Of a stretch of 64,000 nt of DNA, positions 1-10,031 are shown piece by piece (within the stretch, counting starts at the first letter, position 1; each line of letters starts with the position of its first letter). The notes beneath the pieces were generated by a model. It did not search any database, was not told the origin of the DNA, and worked only from the letters and a program-made list of their open reading frames with translations. Source of the stretch: Bdellovibrionales bacterium (GTDB lineage: Bacteria > Bdellovibrionota > Bdellovibrionia > Bdellovibrionales > UBA1609); NCBI GenBank assembly GCA_027317865.1, contig DAHVQG010000004.1:96001-160000 (forward strand), read 5' to 3'. The position numbers and the translations under genes are program-made.

Positions 1-1250
1 ACCAAGTGGCCGGTTGCGGCCGCCTTATATGCGATCGACGCGGTTTCAAGATCACGCATTTCACCAACCATGATAATTTCAGGGTCTTGGCGTAAAAACG
101 CGCGCAATGCTTCAGAAAATCCAAAGCCAATATCGGCGTTCACTTGCACTTGATTTATCCCGTCAAGATTGAATTCGACCGGATCTTCTGCCGTTGAAAT
201 ATTGACGTCGTTGGTATTGAGCGCAGCGAGAGCCGAATAAATAGTTGTCGTTTTACCGGACCCCGTGGGGCCGGTGATCAAAATCATACCTTGTGGTAAC
301 ATCAGAACCGATTTGAAAATTTCGAGCTGTTCCGCCTCCATACCCAGCTTTTCCATATCGACCTGCAAATTGCTTTTATCAAGAATCCGCAACACGACTT
401 TTTCGCCAAATAATGTGGGCAGGCAATTGACGCGAAAGTCGATTTCCGTTCCGTTTTTCAAACGGACTTTTAAACGGCCGTCCTGTGGCTTTCGACGCTC
501 GGCTATATCCATTTTACTTAGAATTTTAAGACGGCTGATGATAGCCGCCGCTGATGCTTTGGGCGGTTGATGCATTTCTCGCAAAGAACCATCCACGCGA
601 AAGCGCACGCGAAAGCGCTTTTCGTAAGTTTCTACGTGGATATCCGATGCGTGCTGCTTGATCGCCTCGGCCAATAACGCGTTCACAAAGCCGATAATCG
701 GCCCTTCTTCAGCTGAGACGTCTTGGTCGACGACCATGGTTTCTTGCTGTACGACGGATTCGAAAACTTCGGCTGACTCTTCAATTTGCGATACGATATT
801 TTCAATTTTCTTTTTGCCGCTTTGCCCGAAGTGCTTCTCAATCGCATGATTGATGGCATGCTCGGACGCCACTACAACTTCGACTTTACAACGGGTTAAA
901 AGACTCAAATCGTCTTTAATAAATACGTTTGAAGGATCGGCAAAGGCGACAACCAAACTTCGGCCCGATTTTTGAATTGGTATTACACAGTGCTTTCGGC
1001 ACAATTGCGCCGGAACAAGTTTCACCGCCTCGGGGTCAATCTCAAACGTGCTGAGATCAATGGTCGGCAAATTGTATTGCTTACCCATAAATTCAGCGAG
1101 TTCACGATCTTTGACAAAACCAAGCTGCACAAGGGCTGAAGTCAACCGTCCGCCCGATTGTTTTTGTTCTTGGCGGGCTTTTTCCAGCTGTTCGATATCA
1201 ATTAGATTTTCTCGAACTAGCAGTTCCCCAATACCTTTTCTGACACCCAT
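1..1250 (-). CDS. pilB: Type IV pilus assembly ATPase PilB (3' end runs off the window)
   Basis: Not in the ORF track; translated by hand from ATG at 1250: MGVRKGIGELLVRENLI... with Walker A ITGPTGSGKTTT, TAEDPVE, LRQDPEIIMVGEMRDLETA and TGHL. Confidence 0.93.
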   Translation of the reverse strand, partial: MGVRKGIGELLVRENLIDIEQLEKARQEQKQSGGRLTSALVQLGFVKDRELAEFMGKQYNLPTIDLSTFEIDPEAVKLVPAQLCRKHCVIPIQKSGRSLVVAFADPSNVFIKDDLSLLTRCKVEVVVASEHAINHAIEKHFGQSGKKKIENIVSQIEESAEVFESVVQQETMVVDQDVSAEEGPIIGFVNALLAEAIKQHASDIHVETYEKRFRVRFRVDGSLREMHQPPKASAAAIISRLKILSKMDIAERRKPQDGRLKVRLKNGTEIDFRVNCLPTLFGEKVVLRILDKSNLQVDMEKLGMEAEQLEIFKSVLMLPQGMILITGPTGSGKTTTIYSALAALNTNDVNISTAEDPVEFNLDGINQVQVNADIGFGFSEALRAFLRQDPEIIMVGEMRDLETASIAYKAAATGHL

Positions 1251-1343
1251 GAAGACTAGCTTATCCGCTTGTGCCGTTTTTCGTAACTAGACTTACGACC
1301 TGAACTGACAAAATTCGCCAACGCCTCCGCAACGACGAACGGA

Positions 1344-2189
1344 TTACTTCGGTTGCGCGCGCAGATGCTCCCCAAGTTTATTTTCATAGGTCTCAGAATT
1401 TGAAAATGTGCGCCCGGCGATCTGTTCGCACCAAATCATGTCGGTGTGTGCGGAAATTTGATATCCGTACACGCACGAAGCTCCAACGTCCTTAGCGCCG
1501 CTCAATAACGGAGTCTCGACCGGAAGAATAGAAAAATCGATGGCGACTCCGCCAACTTTAAAAAAATTAAAATAGTTGAGCTCGACCAGCATGGGGTTGT
1601 CTTCTCCCATAGGTGTCGTATTGACGAGCACACCGTGAATTCCAGGAAGTAAAATCAAACCTTCTTTAGGAACCACGCGAAATACGGCGCCAAGATGACT
1701 GCGCTTGAGTTCGTTCACAAGCAATTGACCTTGATTTAAGTCAAGTGTCGAAACCGAAAAATTTTTAAACCCGTGCAGAAACAATCCTGTTATCGCGACC
1801 CGGGCCGCAGCGCCCGCGCCTACGACAAGTACGTCACTATCGAGATCAAGGCGTTCACCGACTTTGGCTAAAACCCGTGAAAATCCTTCGACTGCGTTCG
1901 ACTTTAACCACCATTGCCCATCGATGCTAACAATCGCGTCAGCCGCCTTAATCTTATCAACAATCACCGGGTGATTTTCAAACATCGGAATAACGACTTC
2001 ACCCAAACCGCGACCGACGCGAATTCCATTATAATTCTTAAGCCACTCCGGCAGTTTCGACTTGAATTCATCGACTGTCGTCTGAATAAATTCCACTTCG
2101 TTTTGAAAACCGTTGTTGTTTAAAAATTCGCTTAACAATTGGTAGCGTGGTTTGTTGTTTTCTAGACCTATCTCAACCCATTTAAACAT
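1344..2189 (-). CDS. Shikimate dehydrogenase (AroE)-like protein with degenerate substrate/catalytic motifs
   Basis: Rossmann motif VVGAGAAA, VNTTPMG and DxxxxPxETPLL are retained; NVTxPxK and NTD are absent. ATG at 2189 overlaps the ribF 3' end. Confidence 0.75.
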   Translation of the reverse strand: MFKWVEIGLENNKPRYQLLSEFLNNNGFQNEVEFIQTTVDEFKSKLPEWLKNYNGIRVGRGLGEVVIPMFENHPVIVDKIKAADAIVSIDGQWWLKSNAVEGFSRVLAKVGERLDLDSDVLVVGAGAAARVAITGLFLHGFKNFSVSTLDLNQGQLLVNELKRSHLGAVFRVVPKEGLILLPGIHGVLVNTTPMGEDNPMLVELNYFNFFKVGGVAIDFSILPVETPLLSGAKDVGASCVYGYQISAHTDMIWCEQIAGRTFSNSETYENKLGEHLRAQPK

Positions 2190-3189
2190 TTTGCAACTCA
2201 AAAAAAGTGCGGGCGGCGTGGACGTCGTGTGCGATCTGTTCCATTAACGCATGTGCGGACTCGAATTTCAATTCGTCACGCAGACGCTTTAAAAATTCAA
2301 GACACACGCGCCGCCCTTCAACGTTTAGCGGACGATCTAACACATGGCACTCAACTGTCACAGCATAAGAATCATGAAAAGTCGGTTTTCTGCCAATATT
2401 CGTTACCGAGGGCAAGCCGTCAGAACTCGAAATAATTTCGCCATTGTGCTCTGAATAAAGTCGCGTGATATAAACACCGTTTTTGGGCAGCAATTCGGCA
2501 TCCGTCTGAATGTTGGCCGTTCGAAAACCCAGAGTTTTACCACGGCCTTCGCCTGGCACAACATGACCGCAAATAAAGTAGGGCCGACTGAGAAATACAC
2601 AAGCCTTTTCAACATCGCCTGTTCGCAAGCTTTCGCGAATCCGTGATGACGATACAATTTCGCCATCTTTGAGGAGCGGCTCTAACTGTTCAACAAGGAC
2701 TTCGCCATGACCGTAACGCTTCCGATTCTTAGCCCACTCCTGTAAAGTCTGAAACGTCCCTGATCTGTCTTTGCCAAACGCAAAATCGTATCCGACCACA
2801 ACACCGGCAAGATCAACGTGAGCGGCCAATAAATTTAAAAATTCTTCGGGACGCAATTTGGCGAATTGTTCGTTAAAAGGCTCGATTATGAGCCAGTCGA
2901 TCTGATATTCGGCAAGGACCCGGGTAAAATCTTGTAAATCTAGGATTCGGGGAATTTCGGGTCCTGTAATTGCACCCATTGCGCGCAAAACTTTTGAGGG
3001 GTGTGGTTCAAAGGTGAAAACGGCTGTTTGTGATTGAGTTTGTTTCGCTATAGCCTGCACACGCTTAATCAAAGCTTGATGACCCAAATGAACACCGTCA
3101 AAATTGCCAAGCGTAAGAACAACGCGTGGGCGTAGACGCGCAAAATTTGGCTCACTGGCAAAATCTTTCAGTCCGTTTACTATCGTCAT
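2182..3189 (-). CDS. ribF: Bifunctional riboflavin kinase/FAD synthetase
   Basis: GNFDGVHLGHQ, VGYDFAFG, VSSSRIR, GxGRGKTLGFxTAN and NIGRKPTF motifs. Confidence 0.96.
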   Translation of the reverse strand: MTIVNGLKDFASEPNFARLRPRVVLTLGNFDGVHLGHQALIKRVQAIAKQTQSQTAVFTFEPHPSKVLRAMGAITGPEIPRILDLQDFTRVLAEYQIDWLIIEPFNEQFAKLRPEEFLNLLAAHVDLAGVVVGYDFAFGKDRSGTFQTLQEWAKNRKRYGHGEVLVEQLEPLLKDGEIVSSSRIRESLRTGDVEKACVFLSRPYFICGHVVPGEGRGKTLGFRTANIQTDAELLPKNGVYITRLYSEHNGEIISSSDGLPSVTNIGRKPTFHDSYAVTVECHVLDRPLNVEGRRVCLEFLKRLRDELKFESAHALMEQIAHDVHAARTFFELQNV

Positions 3190-3267
3190 TGCGCATACCT
3201 TCTCGTTTGCAAATTAACAGTGGAACACATTGAAATCTCGGCATTTTTTTGATACGTTGCGTTACTT

Positions 3268-5133
3268 ATGCGCAGACTTCGCCTTTACTTCATTTTGCTT
3301 ACGCGACGACTTTGGCGTCGACGTGGTTTGTGGCTCCGCGCGCTCATGGGGTGCGTACTCGGAATTGGACTTCTCACTATAGATCGCCAATCCGGTTACG
3401 ATTTACGCTTTCGCTTGCGAGGTAAGCAATCCGTCGACTCCAGTATCGTTATTTTGGCGATCGATAATTCAGCTTGGCGCTCGTGGCAACATTTATCGAA
3501 AACGGCTCCCATTGGGGATATGTATCGTAACCCGAAAGCATGGAAGCAAATTTTGGATCAACTTGTTTCGGAGCGGCCGCTTGCTGTAGGAGTCACCACA
3601 TACTTTGCACCAAATGTTTCGTCTGAATCCAATTCTCCGCTCCCGTCTGTATTCTCGAATTGGCGTGTCATCTGGGCCGCGCAACTTACCGAAGGCGGTC
3701 ACGTTTGGCTCCCGCCGTTTGCCTCACCGGTGAGGCGAAATTTTGGGCTTGTCCACTTCGTGCGTGATCGCGACGGAGTGATTCGGCGCTTCGGTACAGC
3801 ATCCGAACGCGTGCCTAACATCGCGGTACTCATGGCACGACGATTGCCCAACGTCAAAATTTCAAGTTTCAATATTTTGAAATCGAAGGAGCCGATTATT
3901 AATTATCGCGGCGATGCGGGCACGTTTGCTCACATCGGACTCACGAAATTTTTAAATCACGATTACCCGCAAAATTTCTTTAAACATAAACTCGTCATAA
4001 TCGGCACCCCCGATCTTTCGGGAGCGGAACTTCACACTCCTCTCGGCCAAATGTCTACCGCTGAAATACTTGCGAACATAATCGATAACATCCATTACGA
4101 TCGCTGGATTAAAAGACCTCCGTTTGCTGTTTTGGCTCTTTTTATTATTTTATTGGTGATGTTTTCGGCCTGGTTAACGTCGCGCTATCCGCAATTTTTG
4201 GCTTTTTTCATATTGATTTGGCTAAACATTTTTTATGTAACGTTTTCTCTGTGGTTATTTGACGTGCACTACCTGTGGCTGCCAATTTTACCGGCGGTGG
4301 CGGCCACATTCGGAACGTACGTCATATTTTTAAGCTTTCAGCTCACGCTCAAAGATTATCTGACCCAACAACTTGAAAACGAACACCAATTTCTACTTGG
4401 AGTGGAGCAGCTCAAAAACAATTTTTTAAGTTTAATATCGCACGACCTGCGTACGCCGATTGCTAAAATACAAGCGATCTGCGACCGGTTACTTGCTGAA
4501 AATCCGCAAATTGCCGTCGCACCTGATTTGGCGTCACTTCGAGAAGTGGCGACCGAACTCAATCGTTATATCGGTACGATCATCCAAATAACACGGGTTG
4601 AATCGAAGGACTTTCGCATTAACAAAGACGCTACGGACATTAACGAACTCATCGTACGAGCAAAAACGAGCGTGGAACCATTAGCCGCACAAAAGAAAAT
4701 TCATATTGAAACGAATCTTGAGCCCATGTTTTTAATCGAAGTCGATGCTGTTTTAATACACGAAGTAATCTTAAATCTCATCGAAAACGCTATTAAATAC
4801 ACTCCAGAAGGCGGCCGAGTGGGCGTTTCATCGCAAGAGGTTGATGGTCGTGTGATCGTTATGGTAGAAGATAGCGGAGTGGGTATACCCGAAACCGAAC
4901 AAGCGCACGTTTTCGAAAAATTTTTTCGAGGCGAGCACGGAAAATCGCATCCCAGAGGTTCGGGCCTTGGGCTCTATCTCGTCAAATATTTTGTTGAGCT
5001 GCACGGCGGGCAAATTATCTTGAAGAGCCAAGTTGGCGTTGGTACGAAAATCGGATTTTCATTGCCCATCGATGACCAACCTGAGCCTGAACTCGCGCAC
5101 GAAGAAGGAGCCACGAATGAGACTCACGCTTAA
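3268..5133 (+). CDS. CHASE2-domain membrane sensor histidine kinase
   Basis: IVILAID and DRDGVIRR CHASE2 motifs, three following TM helices, H-box SHDLRTP, N-box NLIENAIKY, G-boxes DSGVGI and GSGLGL. Confidence 0.9.
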   Translation: MRRLRLYFILLTRRLWRRRGLWLRALMGCVLGIGLLTIDRQSGYDLRFRLRGKQSVDSSIVILAIDNSAWRSWQHLSKTAPIGDMYRNPKAWKQILDQLVSERPLAVGVTTYFAPNVSSESNSPLPSVFSNWRVIWAAQLTEGGHVWLPPFASPVRRNFGLVHFVRDRDGVIRRFGTASERVPNIAVLMARRLPNVKISSFNILKSKEPIINYRGDAGTFAHIGLTKFLNHDYPQNFFKHKLVIIGTPDLSGAELHTPLGQMSTAEILANIIDNIHYDRWIKRPPFAVLALFIILLVMFSAWLTSRYPQFLAFFILIWLNIFYVTFSLWLFDVHYLWLPILPAVAATFGTYVIFLSFQLTLKDYLTQQLENEHQFLLGVEQLKNNFLSLISHDLRTPIAKIQAICDRLLAENPQIAVAPDLASLREVATELNRYIGTIIQITRVESKDFRINKDATDINELIVRAKTSVEPLAAQKKIHIETNLEPMFLIEVDAVLIHEVILNLIENAIKYTPEGGRVGVSSQEVDGRVIVMVEDSGVGIPETEQAHVFEKFFRGEHGKSHPRGSGLGLYLVKYFVELHGGQIILKSQVGVGTKIGFSLPIDDQPEPELAHEEGATNETHA

Positions 5134-6523
5134 AGCTCTCATTGTTGATGATGAACCGGAATTGAGAAAATCAGTCGAATCTATTTTGCGGTCTGTTCTA
5201 TCGGACTATGACTGGACCATTATTGAGGCCGAAAACGGTAAAACGGCGGTCGAGGCGGTGCACGCGCAGTCGTTCGATTTAGTTTTAATGGACGTACGCA
5301 TGCCGGAGATGAACGGTCTCGATGCCCTTCGCGCCATCAAAGAAATAGATCCGCGAATTTTTGTCGTTATCATGACCGCGCATAGTAATTTACAGGATGC
5401 GGTTACGGCTATCAAGTACGGGGCTTTTGACTATACCGAAAAGCCGATCGAACCGGCAAAATTGGTCGATCTCGTTAAACGCGCGATCGAAACAAAAGAA
5501 ATGGTTTCAAATATTGTGCTCTCGAACCCGATACTTGACGACGACGTTGATTCGAAGTTTGTCGGCGCCTCAGAAAAGATGCGTGAAGTTTTCAACCTCA
5601 TCGACCGGCTGGCCCACGTCGACACAACCGTTCTCATTCGTGGCGAAAACGGAACCGGAAAAGAACTCGTGGCACGCGCCATTCACCAAAACTCGCCGCA
5701 AAAGCACGGTCCGTTTGTAGCGATAAATTGCGGCGCGATTCCCGATACTTTAATGGAGAGCGAGCTCTTCGGCCATGAACGCGGATCGTTTACCGGCGCA
5801 ATCGAACGAAAAATAGGCAAATTTCAGCTCGCAAACAAAGGAACGCTATTTTTAGACGAAATCGGTGAGTTAAAGCCCGATCTTCAGGTGAAGCTTTTAC
5901 GCGTATTGCAGGAGCGAAAATTCATGCCCATCGGCTCCAACCGCGAAGTCCGATCGAATGCGCGCATCATTGCCGCGACCAACCGGAATCTTGAAAAAAT
6001 GATTGAGGATGGAACTTTTCGCGAAGATTTCTTTTATCGCTTAAACGTTATGCCCATTTTCATGCCACCTCTGCGCGAACGGCTGGATGATCTCGGCGAT
6101 CTTATCCGGTTTTTTATCGGGAAGTTCAATAAAAAGCTGAATCTGTCGATTACGGGCATCACTCCCGAGGCGCTTGATATATTGAGCCGGTATCGTTGGC
6201 CCGGTAACATTCGCGAACTTGAAAACGCCATCGAGCGCGCGTTCATTATCGAAAATTCAAATGTGATCACGGTGCGTTCGTTGCCAGAAAAAATCGTTAA
6301 TGAAATCAAAAATAAATCGACCATCCCCATGTCAGGCAAATACACGGGGCCCCTAAACTATGATTTATTTAAAGAAGCAGCCGAAAAAGAATTTATCGAA
6401 AGCGCCTTGAGGGCGAACGACGGTAAAATAAATAAAACGGTCGCACACGCAAATATCCCGAAAAACACACTCTTGCGAAAAATTAAAAAGTACAATATCG
6501 ACGTCGGCAAATTCTCAAAGTGA
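5117..6523 (+). CDS. Sigma54-dependent response regulator (NtrC/AtoC family)
   Basis: Receiver domain (LIVDD, LMDVRMP), AAA+ domain GENGTGKE, GSFTGA loop, LFLDEIG and WPGNIRELEN, C-terminal Fis-type HTH. AAGGAG RBS before ATG 5117. Confidence 0.93.
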   Translation: MRLTLKALIVDDEPELRKSVESILRSVLSDYDWTIIEAENGKTAVEAVHAQSFDLVLMDVRMPEMNGLDALRAIKEIDPRIFVVIMTAHSNLQDAVTAIKYGAFDYTEKPIEPAKLVDLVKRAIETKEMVSNIVLSNPILDDDVDSKFVGASEKMREVFNLIDRLAHVDTTVLIRGENGTGKELVARAIHQNSPQKHGPFVAINCGAIPDTLMESELFGHERGSFTGAIERKIGKFQLANKGTLFLDEIGELKPDLQVKLLRVLQERKFMPIGSNREVRSNARIIAATNRNLEKMIEDGTFREDFFYRLNVMPIFMPPLRERLDDLGDLIRFFIGKFNKKLNLSITGITPEALDILSRYRWPGNIRELENAIERAFIIENSNVITVRSLPEKIVNEIKNKSTIPMSGKYTGPLNYDLFKEAAEKEFIESALRANDGKINKTVAHANIPKNTLLRKIKKYNIDVGKFSK

Positions 6524-7633
6524 CAACTGATTCGTAAGTTGTTCAACCGCTTGCATCACCATTTCCGCAGTAATGTTTTTCATGCAAGCGTGCGTTCCGA
6601 TTGGACATTTCATGTGGCCATGACGCCCGCAAGGTCGACAATCAAGATCGGTTTGAATCACCGCTGATTGATCGCTCCACGGACGATAACCTTGCGCAAG
6701 AACGGTCGGGCCAAAAATACCCACAACAGGCCGGCCGGCAACGGCGGCTAAATGCATTGGTCCGCTATCATTTGCCACGACCACCTGTGCTTGGCTCATC
6801 AATGCATGCAAGTGCAAAAGATCAAATCGCCCGGCGAGAGACCGTACTTCAACATTCGCCGACCGCATAACGTCGTGATTTACCGAAGCGGAAATACGGT
6901 CGCAAATATCGCGCTCATCGCGTGTGCCAACCAAATAGACATTTAAGCCTCGTTCGGCCATCAGTTCTGCCAAACGCCTGTACCCTTCTTCGGTCCAACA
7001 TTTGGTCGACCATTGACTCGACGGTGCAATCACAGCAAACGGATGAGCGAGTTGATTGTTCACGCTTTCGGCAATTGCCGGATTTGGCGCAACTCGAACA
7101 TGACATTCATCGGGTATCGGTTTCGGCCATTTCAAAATGCTCGATTTTAACCGTAAATTATTTTGCTCGGTATTTGTGCTCCACTGTTCTACAAGTTCTC
7201 GAATATCCGGGTCAATAGGCGCTAAGAGCGACAAGACCCGTAGAGCTTCGGGTAAACGCATGTCGCGAGGCACACGCAGGTCGTAAAACGGCCGGTTCCA
7301 CCATTGATGGTATGATAATTTGTGTTCGGCTTGTACGGTTCGCAGGGCAAGTGCTGTACGCACGGATCGGTGGACCGATATCAAATATCGAATATGATGA
7401 TGCGCGAGCCGGTCGCGAAATTCCTGAAGGCCCGTAACATTTCGTTTGTCCAGTTCAAGAACATCATCCACTAGATTTAAGCGCGCAAATAAGTCGCCGA
7501 AACCCGGGCGGCAGACCAACATGAGCGAACTCTCCGAATCAATTTTCTTTAGACGACGAATAAGAGGAATAGTCAGAAGTAGATCGCCTAAAAATGCAGT
7601 TTGAAAGATGATGTTTGTTTGCCCTTGAGCCAC
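6515..7633 (-). CDS. Glycosyltransferase family 9 (WaaF-like LPS heptosyltransferase)
   Basis: AFLGDLLL, NDSGPMHLAA, GIFGPT and C-terminal CRPC...C...C. Confidence 0.88.
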   Translation of the reverse strand: MAQGQTNIIFQTAFLGDLLLTIPLIRRLKKIDSESSLMLVCRPGFGDLFARLNLVDDVLELDKRNVTGLQEFRDRLAHHHIRYLISVHRSVRTALALRTVQAEHKLSYHQWWNRPFYDLRVPRDMRLPEALRVLSLLAPIDPDIRELVEQWSTNTEQNNLRLKSSILKWPKPIPDECHVRVAPNPAIAESVNNQLAHPFAVIAPSSQWSTKCWTEEGYRRLAELMAERGLNVYLVGTRDERDICDRISASVNHDVMRSANVEVRSLAGRFDLLHLHALMSQAQVVVANDSGPMHLAAVAGRPVVGIFGPTVLAQGYRPWSDQSAVIQTDLDCRPCGRHGHMKCPIGTHACMKNITAEMVMQAVEQLTNQLSL

Positions 7634-8742
7634 TCCGCGCCTCTTACCACTCCAGAGAGAATGGCCTGCACTTCGACGAGATCATAACACATAGGAGATT
7701 TGTTACAAGTGCGCGACCAACACGGGGAGCAGCCGGCAAAGCTGAGCACCTTTACCCCGCGATCGTAAAGATCGATTTCGTGTGCGCAAGTCGGCCCAAA
7801 CCACGCGACAACCCACTTTTTCATGGCTATTGCCATGTGCATGCCCAAACTGTCGCCGGTCACAACAACGTCGCAAGCCGCCACACTCATGAGGCCGTCC
7901 CGAAGACCACGCGTCGTCGGGGTTGAAATGACCGGTAAACCAAATGCGATTTGTTCATTTCGAGCTGTGTCTTCCGGGCCCCCAAGTAGAGCTACGCAAA
8001 ACCCTGCATTTATAAGGTCAATCGCAATTTTTCTTTGTGATTCGACCGGCAGCTTCTTATACGGAATAACGCTGCTGCATCCGGTATTTAGTCCAACGAC
8101 GATTTGTTCGCTTGGGGCCCACTGCGAACGCCTATTGGCAACTTCACGCCGCTCTTGAGAATCAAGCGGCAGTTCATATTCATCGCGGGCAAAGGTCGTA
8201 AGTTCCAGTGCATCCGCGACAAGTTGAGTCTCGGGCAGTAGATTTTCAAAAAACTTCTTCTTATTCGATAATCCGATCTGCCACAAATTATCGGCCGCCG
8301 GTGTCGCCGGCACAATAGCACCCGCGCGAGCATCGGCAACGAATCCAAAAATTTGATCGACGTGCGTTTGCGCGATGATGCCGGCCGCGACGAGTGATTT
8401 GTCTATGCAAAACCCGATGTCGAATTCAAGCGACGAAAGCGCAAGCAGATCTTCACGCGAGGTGGTCATCACCCGATCAATCAGCGGATGGCCGCGCAAA
8501 AGCGCGTCCGCCGGAGCTTGAGTAACCCACGTCAAATGGCAGGCCGCATATTTGCGCCGAATTGCGCGCAAAAGCGAGGTGGAGCGCACAACAGCGCCGA
8601 GCGCACCCAAATGGATTAACAGTACGCGCGTTTTAACTATCTCGCGATGCGGGCACGTTCCCGAGCACACATCGCTTTTACCGCATGGTTTGTAACCGTT
8701 AAAATAACGGCAATGAACTTGAGGTTCGAATCGGTCACCCAT
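7588..8742 (-). CDS. Glycosyltransferase family 9 with Cys-rich N-terminus
   Basis: GALGAVVRST, GDSLGMHMAIA, WFGPT and CSPCW..C; N-terminal CRYFNGYKPC..C..C. Start chosen at ATG 8742. Confidence 0.85.
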   Translation of the reverse strand: MGDRFEPQVHCRYFNGYKPCGKSDVCSGTCPHREIVKTRVLLIHLGALGAVVRSTSLLRAIRRKYAACHLTWVTQAPADALLRGHPLIDRVMTTSREDLLALSSLEFDIGFCIDKSLVAAGIIAQTHVDQIFGFVADARAGAIVPATPAADNLWQIGLSNKKKFFENLLPETQLVADALELTTFARDEYELPLDSQERREVANRRSQWAPSEQIVVGLNTGCSSVIPYKKLPVESQRKIAIDLINAGFCVALLGGPEDTARNEQIAFGLPVISTPTTRGLRDGLMSVAACDVVVTGDSLGMHMAIAMKKWVVAWFGPTCAHEIDLYDRGVKVLSFAGCSPCWSRTCNKSPMCYDLVEVQAILSGVVRGAEWLKGKQTSSFKLHF

Positions 8743-8783
8743 TATTACAGTGTAGCACGCCCGCAATCGCTAAAGCCAAGCGG

Positions 8784-10031
8784 CTACTGACCTTTGTCGA
8801 GACTGGCCAGCCTACCCATCAGCGAACCAATTTTAATTTTCAACTTGATTTGCACCGGCAGCTTACGCGAATCGTCTGTTAACCAAACGTAGTTGTCGCC
8901 GGTCGCTTGAAATTTACCTTTTAAATGAAATGTCGGCTGGACGACAAGCGTATTGAATGTTCCTGCTTCGGTGACCAGTTTCTCACGCCGCAAAACATCG
9001 CCGTCAAAAACATAGTTCTTACCGTCGCCGGCCACTCGAAAAGCAATTTTTTTGCCCGGTCGCAGAGTAAAAGTCCGTAAATAATAGATCGCGCTGATGA
9101 AATTTTGTGAGTATGAGTCGAGCTTCCATTTTATGTTCTTTTCCTTTTCGTGATCATCGCCGGGATGAATCACTTTCTCCCACTCAGTGGCTTCGTCATC
9201 GTTCCAGTCAAAAAAGACTCTCGTTTCTTTTTGCTGGGATGATTCGTTGGCATCCATGGTGTACGTAATTGGAGTCAGCGTATCGAAATCAACAAAAGTC
9301 TCAGCCCGGTCGTCAACCGAATAGAAAAGCGAAAAAATTTTATTGGATTTTAAACTGACAGCAAAATCATATGCTTTTTTGCCATTTACAGTTTTATAGG
9401 GCAGTACCTTAAGTGAAAGTTGACCGGCCACGACGTTGAAATAGCTTACGTTTAAAACAACATCTTCGCCTGGACGAAACGGGTCGACCACCGGGCGCCG
9501 GCCGATAAAACCTTCACCGTCCTCTAGTTTTGGTAAATGAACTTCATTTAAATGATATTCTGTGTGCACCACTTTGTGCCTCCGCCAATGATGGTATTGC
9601 GTGCGCTCACTCTCACGCGTGCGTTCATGTTCACGATATCGATACAATCCATCGTAGTGATAATGGTGAGGATAATGGCGATATAAACCGCGAAAAAGAT
9701 GAAAACGATACTGATAATGGGATGGCAAATTTTCTGGTGTCGTTTGAGTTATTGTTTGCGGTTTTGTTTGTTGCCGGTTTCGAACAAATTGTCGTTGGAT
9801 ATGTGATCGGCGCCATTTTTTTGCCCTTCTCGCCCATAATTTGGTCGACTTCTTTACCGGAGTCTTCGTAAATTTGCCCACTCTTACGACGTTCGCAAAG
9901 GCCGCGTTGATATCTTTAAATTCACTTTTGTGCATGGGCTTAAGCGACGCACATCCCGTGAGTAGGCCAACGGCCACAATGACCAGTAGACAAAATTTAA
10001 AAATGCGCCCTACTGTCGAAATTCCTTCCAT
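8784..10031 (-). CDS. DUF3108-like lipoprotein
   Basis: Lipobox LLTGC. The C-terminal domain has PF.PGE...Y, AGTFNTLVV and VWLTDDSRKLPVQI, typical of DUF3108. Start uncertain. Confidence 0.7.
   Translation of the reverse strand: MEGISTVGRIFKFCLLVIVAVGLLTGCASLKPMHKSEFKDINAAFANVVRVGKFTKTPVKKSTKLWARRAKKWRRSHIQRQFVRNRQQTKPQTITQTTPENLPSHYQYRFHLFRGLYRHYPHHYHYDGLYRYREHERTRESERTQYHHWRRHKVVHTEYHLNEVHLPKLEDGEGFIGRRPVVDPFRPGEDVVLNVSYFNVVAGQLSLKVLPYKTVNGKKAYDFAVSLKSNKIFSLFYSVDDRAETFVDFDTLTPITYTMDANESSQQKETRVFFDWNDDEATEWEKVIHPGDDHEKEKNIKWKLDSYSQNFISAIYYLRTFTLRPGKKIAFRVAGDGKNYVFDGDVLRREKLVTEAGTFNTLVVQPTFHLKGKFQATGDNYVWLTDDSRKLPVQIKLKIKIGSLMGRLASLDKGQ

Noticed and set aside
1291-1308. TCGTAA-N6-TTACGA palindrome upstream of pilB
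   Set aside because: Six-bp arms are expected by chance, and there is no second copy or associated promoter.
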